A program made the position numbers and the translations under genes. Shown here piece by piece: positions 1 to 7,232 of a DNA stretch of 60,040 bases. Numbering within the stretch: the stretch's first letter is position 1; each line of letters begins with the position of its first letter. Source of the DNA: a virus; IMG/VR virus record IMGVR_UViG_3300044765_000177, positions 1-60,040 of that record. One strand, given 5' to 3'. The notes beneath the pieces were generated by a model. The model did not search any database and was not told the DNA's origin. It saw only the letters and a list, made by a program, of their open reading frames with translations.

Positions 1-23
1 GGCCCCGGCGCTGGGCCGGGGCC
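1..23 (-). terminator. GC-rich hairpin downstream of the 43..867 gene (9-bp stem GGCCCCGGC/GCCGGGGCC, 5-nt loop)
   Basis: Perfect inverted repeat read directly; lies just 3-prime of the minus-strand stop at 43. Confidence 0.6.
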
Positions 24-26
24 GCG
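1..26. repeat. Terminal direct repeat: identical to window positions 60015-60040
   Basis: ggccccggcgctgggccggggccgcg occurs at both window ends; consistent with an overlap from a circular or terminally redundant genome. Confidence 0.9.
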
Positions 27-42
27 GGGTGGTGCGGGTGGG

Positions 43-867
43 TCAGACGTCGGCGGTGTAGGCCTGCTTGGAGGCCATGCGGCCGCCGGTGGCGGCGACG
101 GCTTCCTGGATGCCGCCGTGGCGGGTGTGGATGTTCTGGGAGGACTGGGCGGCGATGGCCGCGTTGTCGACGGCGGCCTTCTGCAGGGCCTGGGCGGCGG
201 CGAGGGCGGCGGCGTACTGGTCGCGGAGGGCGGCGAGTTCCTGGAGGGTGCCGTCGTCGTCGCCGAACTCCAGGGCGGTGGCCTGCTCGATGGCGGCCTC
301 GATGGCGGCGAGCTGGTCGGCGGCGCGCTGGGCGATGGCGCCGGCTTCTTCGGCGGTGACGCCGGCTTCGGAGGCGAAGCGGGCGACGGCGGCCTTGAGG
401 GTGTTGACGCCGGTGATCTCGGGGATGGTGGCGAGGGCCATGGGTGCTCCTGTGGTGTCGGGTCGGATGTCGTTCTTGATCAGGACGAGGTTGCGGGTGC
501 CGGCCTCGGAGGGCGCCGGGTCGGGGTGGTGCGGTTCGGTGGTCTTCTCGGGGGCCGGGGCGGGCGCCGTCTGCGCCTCGGTGGCCTCGACGGGTTCGGG
601 CTGGGGGCGGCGGAAGCGTTCGGCGGCCCGCTTCTTCGCCTTGGGCCACTCGCGCTTGAAGCCGTCGAGGAACGCCTTGGTGAAGGTGCCGGCCGCGGTG
701 GCCGCGGTCGCGGACCAGGCGGCGAGCTTCGCGCCGGTGCGGCGGCCGTTCTTCTTGGCGGCCTTCCGCATCCGCTTCTTGTGCTTGGCGGACACCTCAC
801 CGAAGGCGCTTTCGAGGCCGCGGGCGCACGCCCAGGCGATCGCGAAGAGGAGGATCAGTCCGAGCAC
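43..867 (-). CDS. Membrane-anchored hypothetical protein (Spd-like position): N-terminal TM helix, basic region, Pro-rich linker, Ala-rich helical C-terminus; 274 aa
   Basis: ORF track; GTG start at 867, directly after the stop of the upstream gene at 869; non-junk composition. Confidence 0.75.
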   Translation of the reverse strand: MLGLILLFAIAWACARGLESAFGEVSAKHKKRMRKAAKKNGRRTGAKLAAWSATAATAAGTFTKAFLDGFKREWPKAKKRAAERFRRPQPEPVEATEAQTAPAPAPEKTTEPHHPDPAPSEAGTRNLVLIKNDIRPDTTGAPMALATIPEITGVNTLKAAVARFASEAGVTAEEAGAIAQRAADQLAAIEAAIEQATALEFGDDDGTLQELAALRDQYAAALAAAQALQKAAVDNAAIAAQSSQNIHTRHGGIQEAVAATGGRMASKQAYTADV

Positions 868-868
868 G

Positions 869-1336
869 TCAGCCCCCCATCAGCCACATGACGAGGGCGC
901 CGACCTGGGTGGCGATGACGCCGAGCCCGGTGGCCGCTGCGTCGCCGAGCGCGCCGGGGATCATCACGGTCAGCGGCGGGGCGAACGCGGCGAGGAGCAG
1001 GGTGCGGGTCTGCACACCGGTCATGAAGTCGCTGACCAGCCACAGCAGCACGGCCAGCGCCAGCGCGAACATGATCCCGAAGCCGGTCCACTGGCCGGCC
1101 AGGTCGTCGACGAGGCCGTCGACGGTGGTGGTGGCGTTGTTGATCCACCGACCGACCGGGGTGGACACGAGACCGATGGACGCGGTCAGGACGAGCAGGA
1201 CTTGGATCTGCGGGCCGCGGATCTTCGCGGCGAAGCGATTGATCCAGGGGAGCCGGTCGGCGACATACAGCACGCCGGCCGCTCCCAGGCAGGTTCCGCC
1301 GGTGGCGGCGGAGATCCCTGCGTCGATGACGGGCAT
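869..1336 (-). CDS. Polytopic membrane protein, Spd-like (155 aa)
   Basis: ORF track; ATG at 1336 preceded by AAGGGGG; several hydrophobic helices. Confidence 0.8.
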   Translation of the reverse strand: MPVIDAGISAATGGTCLGAAGVLYVADRLPWINRFAAKIRGPQIQVLLVLTASIGLVSTPVGRWINNATTTVDGLVDDLAGQWTGFGIMFALALAVLLWLVSDFMTGVQTRTLLLAAFAPPLTVMIPGALGDAAATGLGVIATQVGALVMWLMGG

Positions 1337-1467
1337 TTCGGGGTACCCCCTTGCGGTTACGGTGAGTTAGTGGTTTCCTCGCGCGCGCGTGCACGCGAGC
1401 GGGCGCGTTGGGATCCGTTGGCCCGGCGCGGGACGGCTTGAGCCATCCGTTGAGCCATCACGGACGG

Positions 1468-1701
1468 TTAGCTTTCGGCGATGGACTGGCGGAGCTGGTC
1501 GAGCATCTGGGTGGCCTTCGCGGCGGCGTCGGCCTGGGCGGTGTCGGGCAGTTGGGAGATCGCCGAGCGGAGCTGGTCCATGGCGACCGCCAGGACCGCG
1601 GCCGGTCCTTTCGTCTCCGCCTGCCGGCGACGCTCGCCGAGGAACTCGGCGGATCGGGCCTGTCGCAGAGCCTTGCGGGACGGGCGGCTGGCGGTCGCCA
1701 C
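1468..1701 (-). CDS. Small helical hypothetical protein (77 aa)
   Basis: ORF track; GTG at 1701 preceded by GAAGGAGGA. Confidence 0.7.
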   Translation of the reverse strand: MATASRPSRKALRQARSAEFLGERRRQAETKGPAAVLAVAMDQLRSAISQLPDTAQADAAAKATQMLDQLRQSIAES

Positions 1702-1738
1702 GGCTGGCTCCTCCTTCTGTCGTCGGGATCTCGGGTAG

Positions 1739-1783
1739 TCCGGGTCTGCTTGCCGGGTCTGCGAACGTTCCGCTCACCGGGTC
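1739..1783 (-). promoter_or_regulatory. Three same-orientation GACCCGG(A/C/T) repeats in an intergenic gap; candidate clt / TraB recognition repeats
   Basis: Plus strand TCCGGGTC 1739-1746, GCCGGGTC 1752-1759, ACCGGGTC 1776-1783; the first two lie in a 10-nt direct repeat CCGGGTCTGC. Confidence 0.45.
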
Positions 1784-1892
1784 ACTCACCGGCCGACCTG
1801 GGGTTTTGCTCGGTCGACTGCTTCCGGCAGTCTCAGCGAGGACCAGAACCCGGCGGGGTGCTGGGCCTCACTGGCGGTGCCGGACGCGGGGG

Positions 1893-2984
1893 CTAGCGGG
1901 TGGGGGCTGCTTCCTCGCGGGCCTCGATCTGGGACCAGGCGAGACGGACACGCTCCTCGCGGGCCCGGAAGCCGTGGCTGCGGAACTCGGCCTGCGCCTG
2001 CCGGTAGGAGCGGGGCGGCTCCATGTCGTAGCGGAGCCAGCGCAGGACCACATCGAGCTGTTCGTCGGACAGGCGGGCGCCCGGGATGGGCAGTTCGACG
2101 CCGGCGACGTCGGCGAGCATCTGGAGCGTGACCCCGTCCTCGACGGGCACCTGCTCCGCCCCCGTGTCCGTGCCCGTTTCGTCCTGGGTCACGGGCTCGA
2201 TGGTCACGGCCTCGATTTCCGGGGTGACCTGTGTGACCACCGTGTGACCATCCTGGTCGGCCGCACTGTGACCGGCAGCCGTGACCGCGGGCCGGGACAC
2301 GGCCAGCGCGAGGTCCCGCTGGGTGAACGCGAGGGCCTTCACGCCGTGCTCCTGCTCCGACTTCTCCAGCCGCTCCTCGGCCTTGGCCCGCGCCTTGTTG
2401 ATCTCGGCCTGGGCTCGCGTCAGCACGTCCGCCCGGGCGATCTGACGCTCCATCTCCGCGAGGTGGCCGGCCGTCTCAGTGAGCACGTCGGTGACCGCCT
2501 CGGACCGCAGATGCCGGGCCTCGGCCGCGGCCAGGGCACGGGCGTTGCGATCGGCCGCCGACTGCTCGGCGATCCGCGCCGCCGTTCCCGCGTCGGCGAG
2601 GACGTTCCCCGCGAACAGGCGCAGCCCCATGAACAAGGCCGCGGCGACCGGCACGAACGCGAACACCTTCGCATGGCCGAGGATCAGCAGGATCGTCGCC
2701 GAGACGCCGACAGCGACCGCGGACAGGCCCAGCATCACGGCCATCCCGACCCGCGACCGCTGCCGGATCGCGATCTCCGACATGCGCAGCGCGCCGATCC
2801 ACAAGGCGTCGTACACGACGGCGATCGACCAGGCGACGACCGTTCCCGCCTTCCCGTGCACACCGATCATCTCACCGAGCTGCCCGCCGACGGTGATCGC
2901 GACCAGCGCCAGCGACGCCGCCGTCAACAGCTTCTCGATCAGGGCGAACACGTCCAGGTGGGCGTATCGGCTGAAGTGCTTCAT
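1893..2984 (-). CDS. Membrane protein: ~4 TM helices at the N-terminus, coiled-coil middle, acidic C-terminal domain; resembles DUF2637-type proteins of actinomycete conjugative elements (363 aa)
   Basis: ORF track; ATG 2984 preceded by GGAAGGAGG; architecture read from the translation; family assignment from memory. Confidence 0.8.
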   Translation of the reverse strand: MKHFSRYAHLDVFALIEKLLTAASLALVAITVGGQLGEMIGVHGKAGTVVAWSIAVVYDALWIGALRMSEIAIRQRSRVGMAVMLGLSAVAVGVSATILLILGHAKVFAFVPVAAALFMGLRLFAGNVLADAGTAARIAEQSAADRNARALAAAEARHLRSEAVTDVLTETAGHLAEMERQIARADVLTRAQAEINKARAKAEERLEKSEQEHGVKALAFTQRDLALAVSRPAVTAAGHSAADQDGHTVVTQVTPEIEAVTIEPVTQDETGTDTGAEQVPVEDGVTLQMLADVAGVELPIPGARLSDEQLDVVLRWLRYDMEPPRSYRQAQAEFRSHGFRAREERVRLAWSQIEAREEAAPTR

Positions 2985-3062
2985 GGCCCCTCCTTCCAGG
3001 GGTGGGGGGCCGCCGCGCGAGACGAGGGGGTAGACGATCGCGCGGCGGCGGACTATGGCGGG

Positions 3063-3329
3063 TCAGGTGGTGGGCTTGGGGAGGGCGGTGCAGCCAATGG
3101 CGTGGTCCTGCGCCCAGTCGAGGATCTGGTCGCGGTAGGGAAGGTCGTGGCTCTTGGTCCGGCCGCAGGGCTGGCAGGTGGCGGTGACGCGGCCGGCCGC
3201 TTCGGTGAGGTCGACGGTGGCCCGGTAGTCGTCGTAGCGAAGTCCGATGCGGGTGAGGAAGCGGGCGACGACGCCCTCGGGCCATGCCTCGGCGGGGGCC
3301 TGCGGGGCGGTCTCGATGGTGGTGGTCAT
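3063..3329 (-). CDS. Small Cys-containing hypothetical protein, paralog of 3620..3943 (88 aa)
   Basis: ORF track; shared AWPEGVVAR(F/Y)L N-terminal motif and WAQxHAxxCxAxPxPT C-terminal motif. Confidence 0.8.
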   Translation of the reverse strand: MTTTIETAPQAPAEAWPEGVVARFLTRIGLRYDDYRATVDLTEAAGRVTATCQPCGRTKSHDLPYRDQILDWAQDHAIGCTALPKPTT

Positions 3330-3350
3330 GACGGTGGGTGTCCTTCCGGG

Positions 3351-3581
3351 TCAGGCGGCGGCGGGGGTGGCGACGAGGGCGTGGATCTCGTCCATCAGCG
3401 GCGACTCGTCGGGGTTCGCGGCGTCGTACATCTCGATCTCGTAGAGCGTCCAGTCGCGGGCGATCACGTCGCCCCGCCGGACGTCGGCCAGGTAGTCCGC
3501 GACGTACTTGGCGCGGACGTCCGCCGCGGCGGAGTCGAACGGGTCGCCGGCCGGGACCAGGGTCAGGGTGGGAGCAGACAT
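3351..3581 (-). CDS. Small acidic hypothetical protein (76 aa)
   Basis: ORF track; ATG 3581 with upstream purine-rich RBS. Confidence 0.7.
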   Translation of the reverse strand: MSAPTLTLVPAGDPFDSAAADVRAKYVADYLADVRRGDVIARDWTLYEIEMYDAANPDESPLMDEIHALVATPAAA

Positions 3582-3619
3582 GGGGGTGCCCTTTCAGGGG
3601 TGCGTGGAAGGTGGTGGGG

Positions 3620-3943
3620 TCAGGCGGTGGGGCGGGGCATGGCGCGGCACTTCTCGGCGTGGGCCTGCGCCCACTCGCGGGCCTGCGGCGTCGAGGTCTT
3701 GCCGCCCTCGTCGAAGCTGTCCTGCGACTGGCCGAACTCGGCGGCGTAACCGTCCCAGCCCCAGTCGACGGTGTGGGTGGCCGGGCAACCGCCGCACATC
3801 ACGTGGGTCTCGGTCGGCTCCGTCCGGCCGTGGAAGCCGGAACGCTCGGTGACGTCGACGAACGCGCCGCCGACGCTCAGGTAGCGAGCGACAACACCCT
3901 CGGGCCAGGCGGCGTGCTGGGCGGTGCTGGCGGAAGAAGGCAT
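3620..3943 (-). CDS. Small Cys-containing hypothetical protein, paralog of 3063..3329 (107 aa)
   Basis: ORF track; ATG 3943 preceded by GAGGAG; shared motifs with 3063..3329. Confidence 0.8.
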   Translation of the reverse strand: MPSSASTAQHAAWPEGVVARYLSVGGAFVDVTERSGFHGRTEPTETHVMCGGCPATHTVDWGWDGYAAEFGQSQDSFDEGGKTSTPQAREWAQAHAEKCRAMPRPTA

Positions 3944-3986
3944 GACGGATCTCCTCAGCTGGTCAAGCAGGAATGGGAAGTGGGAG

Positions 3987-4031
3987 CCGCGGGCGGGGGC
4001 CGTGGGGGATTTCGGTCATCCCCGCCCGCGG
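3987..4031 (-). terminator. 12-bp perfect-stem hairpin (CCGCGGGCGGGG / CCCCGCCCGCGG) after the 4044 gene
   Basis: Inverted repeat read directly. Confidence 0.55.
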
Positions 4032-4043
4032 CGGTCTGGGGTG

Positions 4044-4268
4044 CTACTTCGGCAGCGGGTGCTCGCTGCGCTGGTTGACGAGGTGCAGCTTCCGGCGCAG
4101 CTCGCCGTAGTTGACGAAGCCGGTCGCCAGCCGCTGCCCGGTCGCCGGGTCGGACACCGACACCGTCAGCAGCCGCTCACCGTCCACCGGCTCGGCCACC
4201 CGGGCGATCACCTCGTCCGCCTTCTGCTGCGCGGCAGCCATCCGGGCCAGGTCGTCGGCCACGGTCAC
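4044..4268 (-). CDS. Hypothetical protein (74 aa), start refined to GTG 4268
   Basis: The N-terminal 40 codons of track ORF 4044..4388 have poor third-position G+C; GTG at 4268 overlaps (GTGA) the stop of a high-GC3 micro-ORF. Confidence 0.65.
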   Translation of the reverse strand: MTVADDLARMAAAQQKADEVIARVAEPVDGERLLTVSVSDPATGQRLATGFVNYGELRRKLHLVNQRSEHPLPK

Positions 4269-4381
4269 CACCCCCGCACCTGCAGGGCGCGCCGGCGGGC
4301 GGCGGATTCGCGGGGCAGCGGCGGCAGGTCCGGCGTCGGCTCGACGCGGCGGAGGTCGACCGGCTTCTTCTCGGCGCTCAT
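4265..4381 (-). CDS. 38-codon micro-ORF (MSAEKKPVDLRRVEPTPDLPPLPRESAARRRALQVRGW), coupled on both sides
   Basis: ATG 4381 overlaps the upstream stop (ATGA); its TGA overlaps the downstream GTG; very high third-position G+C. Confidence 0.5.
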   Translation of the reverse strand: MSAEKKPVDLRRVEPTPDLPPLPRESAARRRALQVRGW

Positions 4382-4815
4382 GCGACACCGCCCAGCTTCG
4401 CGATGACCTTGCGGACGGCGCCGAGGCGGTCGATGGGGTCCTGGCCGGCGGGGACGACGATGGTGCGGCGGCCGACGGTCGGGTCGTGCACGGCCTGCAG
4501 GTGGGGGCGCAGCCTCTCGTCGAGGCTGCTGGTGTCCCACTCCTCCAGCTCGACGTCGTGCTCGGCGAGGAGGGCGGCCAGCGTGTCGCGGGCCTCCTGC
4601 TCGTCGGCCAGGCGCTCCACCTCGGCCAGCCGGCCGCGGAAGGCAGCGACCATGTCGCGCAGACGGGCCGGGCTGACCTCGGCGAAGTCGGACAGTTGGG
4701 GGCTCGTGGAGACGACGAGCGACAGGGCGCCGGTCTCGTCGTCCGCCATCACCTCGGCGTCGAGGGTGAGGCTGATCGAGCGCACCGCGGAGTGCGCTAG
4801 GTTGGCGTTAGCCAT
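4378..4815 (-). CDS. Hypothetical protein, first gene of the leftward Spd-like operon (145 aa)
   Basis: ORF track; clean acidic/helical composition. Confidence 0.75.
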   Translation of the reverse strand: MANANLAHSAVRSISLTLDAEVMADDETGALSLVVSTSPQLSDFAEVSPARLRDMVAAFRGRLAEVERLADEQEARDTLAALLAEHDVELEEWDTSSLDERLRPHLQAVHDPTVGRRTIVVPAGQDPIDRLGAVRKVIAKLGGVA

Positions 4816-4965
4816 CAGGGTCTCCCTATCAGGTACCTGATTGGTTAGGGCCGGCCTGCGAGGTAGGAGTCGCGGTGTCCGGCCCGATCTTCATTTGTGC
4901 AGCGCCCGCGGACCGAGTCCGGTAGGAGTGGGCACAGCTAGTAGGCCGCCTCGCGGTCGGCTTGG

Positions 4966-5065
4966 CGTCTACTTTGTTGCAGGACCACCATGGCACGGGC
5001 GCCAGTGCCGCCGCAACAAAGTGGACGAAGAATCTTGCTGCCCGTCTAGTCGGTGGACATCCACC
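4966..5065. promoter_or_regulatory. Divergent control region: 10-bp inverted repeat ACTTTGTTGC (4971-4980) / GCAACAAAGT (5013-5022) and palindrome GGTGGACATCCACC (5052-5065)
   Basis: Repeats read directly; located between divergent genes 4815(-) and 5084(+). Confidence 0.5.
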
Positions 5066-5083
5066 CGTGAGAACATCCTGGCT

Positions 5084-5332
5084 ATGGCAGCCAAGACCTC
5101 GACACTCAAGGGAACCCAGGAAGCGCAGTGGCTGCGCCGACTGGACAGAGCCACCGCCGCACACGAGAAGACCCGCCAGCGGCTCGACGACCTCGTGGCC
5201 GACGCCCGTGAAGCCGGCGTGTCCCTCACCGCCATCTCCGAGCACACCCCGTACAGCCGCGAGTGGGTGCGGACCATCGCCGCCCGCGTGCAGGCGGCCC
5301 GATCGGCAGAGGGCGACGCTCCCCAGGAGTGA
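5084..5332 (+). CDS. Small HTH-like DNA-binding protein (82 aa)
   Basis: In-frame ATG 5084 within track ORF 4841..5332; upstream part of the ORF is Arg/Pro junk. Confidence 0.65.
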   Translation: MAAKTSTLKGTQEAQWLRRLDRATAAHEKTRQRLDDLVADAREAGVSLTAISEHTPYSREWVRTIAARVQAARSAEGDAPQE

Positions 5333-5432
5333 CCCTTGGTGTCGACTTTGCATGCTCTGGAGTCAACCGGCGCCACAACGAAGCTGCCATGACCGACCGA
5401 TGCAGCGCCGGTGCACCCGGAGTGCAGTCGTG

Positions 5433-6107
5433 ATGCAGAACGCCCGAGACGAGCGGATAAGGGGCGCCAAAGTGGACGTCGTGACGTGGACGGGCCGGGA
5501 AGCGTGCGCCCTGCAGCAGGCCCTCCGCATGACGAACGACGACTTCGCCGACCACCTCGGCGTCGCGGTCCGCACGGTGGCGAACTGGCACTCCTCCCCC
5601 GGCACCGTGCCGCGCACCGAGATCCAGTCCGCCCTCGACACCGCCTACGAGAGGTCATCACCCTCGGTGCAACGACGCTTCAGCATCCTCACCCGCCCCG
5701 CCTCGGCCGCCGTCGAGGCCCAAGCCCTCCGCGTGGCCATCGCCATCGTCCTCAAGGGCGACGACGTACTCCTCGTCTGCCGCCGCGGCGAGGGCGAGAT
5801 CCGCTGGCAATTCCCGGCCGGCATGGTGAAGCCCGGCGCCGACCCGGCCACGGTCGCCGTGCAGGAGACCCACGGCGAGACCGGCGTGCACTGCACCGTC
5901 CGCGAGCAGCTGGGCGAGCGCGTCCACCCCAAGACGGGCGTCGTCGCCTCGTACTACCTCGCCGACCACCTCGCGGGCGAAGCGTCCAACCGGGACCCAC
6001 TGGAGAACGTCGACGTCACCTGGGCGCCGCGCTCGGCGCTGACCCGGTTCATCCCCGCAGACCAGATCTTCCCGCCCGTCCTGAGCGCCCTGGAGGTAGC
6101 CGCATGA
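5433..6107 (+). CDS. XRE-like HTH fused to a Nudix-fold domain with a degenerate Nudix box (224 aa); Pif-like
   Basis: ATG 5433 within track ORF 4962..6107; HTH LRMTNDDFADHLGVAVRTVANW; Nudix box reads GMVKPGADPATVAVQETHGETGV, with E->A, R->Q and E->G at conserved positions. Confidence 0.8.
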   Translation: MQNARDERIRGAKVDVVTWTGREACALQQALRMTNDDFADHLGVAVRTVANWHSSPGTVPRTEIQSALDTAYERSSPSVQRRFSILTRPASAAVEAQALRVAIAIVLKGDDVLLVCRRGEGEIRWQFPAGMVKPGADPATVAVQETHGETGVHCTVREQLGERVHPKTGVVASYYLADHLAGEASNRDPLENVDVTWAPRSALTRFIPADQIFPPVLSALEVAA

Positions 6108-6553
6108 CCGACACGACCACCGAGAAGCCCGGCATCTCCGCCGCGATCATCGTGGTCGGCGAGCGCGTGTTGATGGTGCGGCGCCGCATCTCCGAGGGCG
6201 AGCTGATGTGGCAATTCCCCGCCGGCGCCATCGAGCCGGGCGAGACGCCAGAGGAGGCGGCCGTGCGGGAGACCCTCGAAGAGACCGGCCTCGAGGTCAA
6301 GGCCATCCGGCTGCTGGGCGACCGGGTTCATCCGAAGACCCAGCGGGTCATGTCGTATACGGCCTGCGAGGCGGTGGCCGGTGAGGCGCGCGTTGCCGAC
6401 GCCGAGGAGCTGACGCAGATCGCCTGGGTGACGCACCGCGACCTGCCGGACTACGTGCCTTACGGGATCTTCGACAAGGTGCAGGAGTACCTGGACGCCA
6501 CCCTGACCCGGTCGCCGGACTACATCACGATCTTGTCGGAGCCGGTCGAGTAG
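6104..6553 (+). CDS. Nudix hydrolase with a canonical Nudix box (149 aa)
   Basis: ATG 6104 overlaps the upstream stop (ATGA); box GAIEPGETPEEAAVRETLEETGL matches Gx5Ex7REUxEExGU. Confidence 0.9.
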   Translation: MTDTTTEKPGISAAIIVVGERVLMVRRRISEGELMWQFPAGAIEPGETPEEAAVRETLEETGLEVKAIRLLGDRVHPKTQRVMSYTACEAVAGEARVADAEELTQIAWVTHRDLPDYVPYGIFDKVQEYLDATLTRSPDYITILSEPVE

Positions 6554-6571
6554 ACGCCCAGACGCACGGAT

Positions 6572-6600
6572 GCCCCCCGCACCGGTTGGGTGCGGGGGGC
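6572..6600. terminator. Bidirectional hairpin between convergent genes (CCCCCCGCACC GGTT GGGTGCGGGGGG)
   Basis: Perfect inverted repeat read directly between 6553(+) and 6611(-). Confidence 0.7.
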
Positions 6601-6610
6601 TTCGTCATGT

Positions 6611-6823
6611 TCAGCGGCGTCTGGTCGCCCAGCGTGCCCGCATGAGGGCGAGTTGGAGGCCGAGGCGGGTGCGCGCGTGGCCGGTGGCTGCTTCGAGGCC
6701 GCCCCGGTAGGCGATCCACGTCCAGGGGCCGGTGCCGTAGATTTCGGCGTCGAAGTCGTTGGTGGGGGCCAGCGGCTGGGCAAGGCTCCAGGTGCCGTCG
6801 GGGTTCTGGCGGGCGGTGTTCAT
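6611..6823 (-). CDS. Hypothetical protein (70 aa)
   Basis: ATG 6823 preceded by GGGAGAA; remainder of track ORF 6611..7141 is Arg/Pro junk. Confidence 0.7.
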   Translation of the reverse strand: MNTARQNPDGTWSLAQPLAPTNDFDAEIYGTGPWTWIAYRGGLEAATGHARTRLGLQLALMRARWATRRR

Positions 6824-7062
6824 GGGGTTCTCCCTGGGTGTGTGTGTTCGATTCCCCGGCAGTCGAGGTTGTCGGCTTCCATGTCGATGGCGGCTGCGGC
6901 GGCTTCGAGGCTGGCGTCGGGGTCGTCGGCGAGGGTGCGGCAGGATTCGGCGATGGCGCGGAGGAGTGCGACGACGGCGTCGACGCCGAGGTAGGCGTGC
7001 CCGTCGGTGGCGGTGACGATGGGAAGTTGGCTGGAGGCGTGGTCGAGGGGCTCGTCGGTCAT
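6820..7062 (-). CDS. Acidic hypothetical protein (80 aa)
   Basis: ATG 7062; stop overlaps the next start (ATGA). Confidence 0.7.
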   Translation of the reverse strand: MTDEPLDHASSQLPIVTATDGHAYLGVDAVVALLRAIAESCRTLADDPDASLEAAAAAIDMEADNLDCRGIEHTHPGRTP

Positions 7063-7232
7063 CGGCGCTGCCGCCGCTTGAGGTTGAGAAGCTGCGCTTC
7101 GGCGAGGAGGCCCCACGCTTCCCGGTTGGCGGCTCGTGCACGGTCGGCTGACTGCCTAGTGCTTCGGGCGCTCCAGGCGGCGAAGGCGAGGGCGGCCAGG
7201 GAGACGGCGAGGGCGATCAGCTTGAGGGTCAT
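7059..7232 (-). CDS. Small single-TM membrane protein (57 aa)
   Basis: ATG 7232 in track ORF 7059..7832; hydrophobic N-terminal helix; coupled to neighbours. Confidence 0.6.
   Translation of the reverse strand: MTLKLIALAVSLAALAFAAWSARSTRQSADRARAANREAWGLLAEAQLLNLKRRQRR

Noticed and set aside
1438-1462. Short direct repeat TGAGCCATC x2 and nearby GC hairpin between 1336 and 1468 as a regulatory element
   Set aside because: There are only two 9-nt copies in a short gap. That is too little evidence to separate it from chance or from a simple RBS/terminator context.
4044-4388. Full 114-aa version of this ORF
   Set aside because: The first ~40 codons have poor third-position G+C and an Arg/Pro-rich translation. 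An alternative frame holds a high-GC3 38-codon ORF coupled to both neighbours, so the start was moved to GTG 4268.
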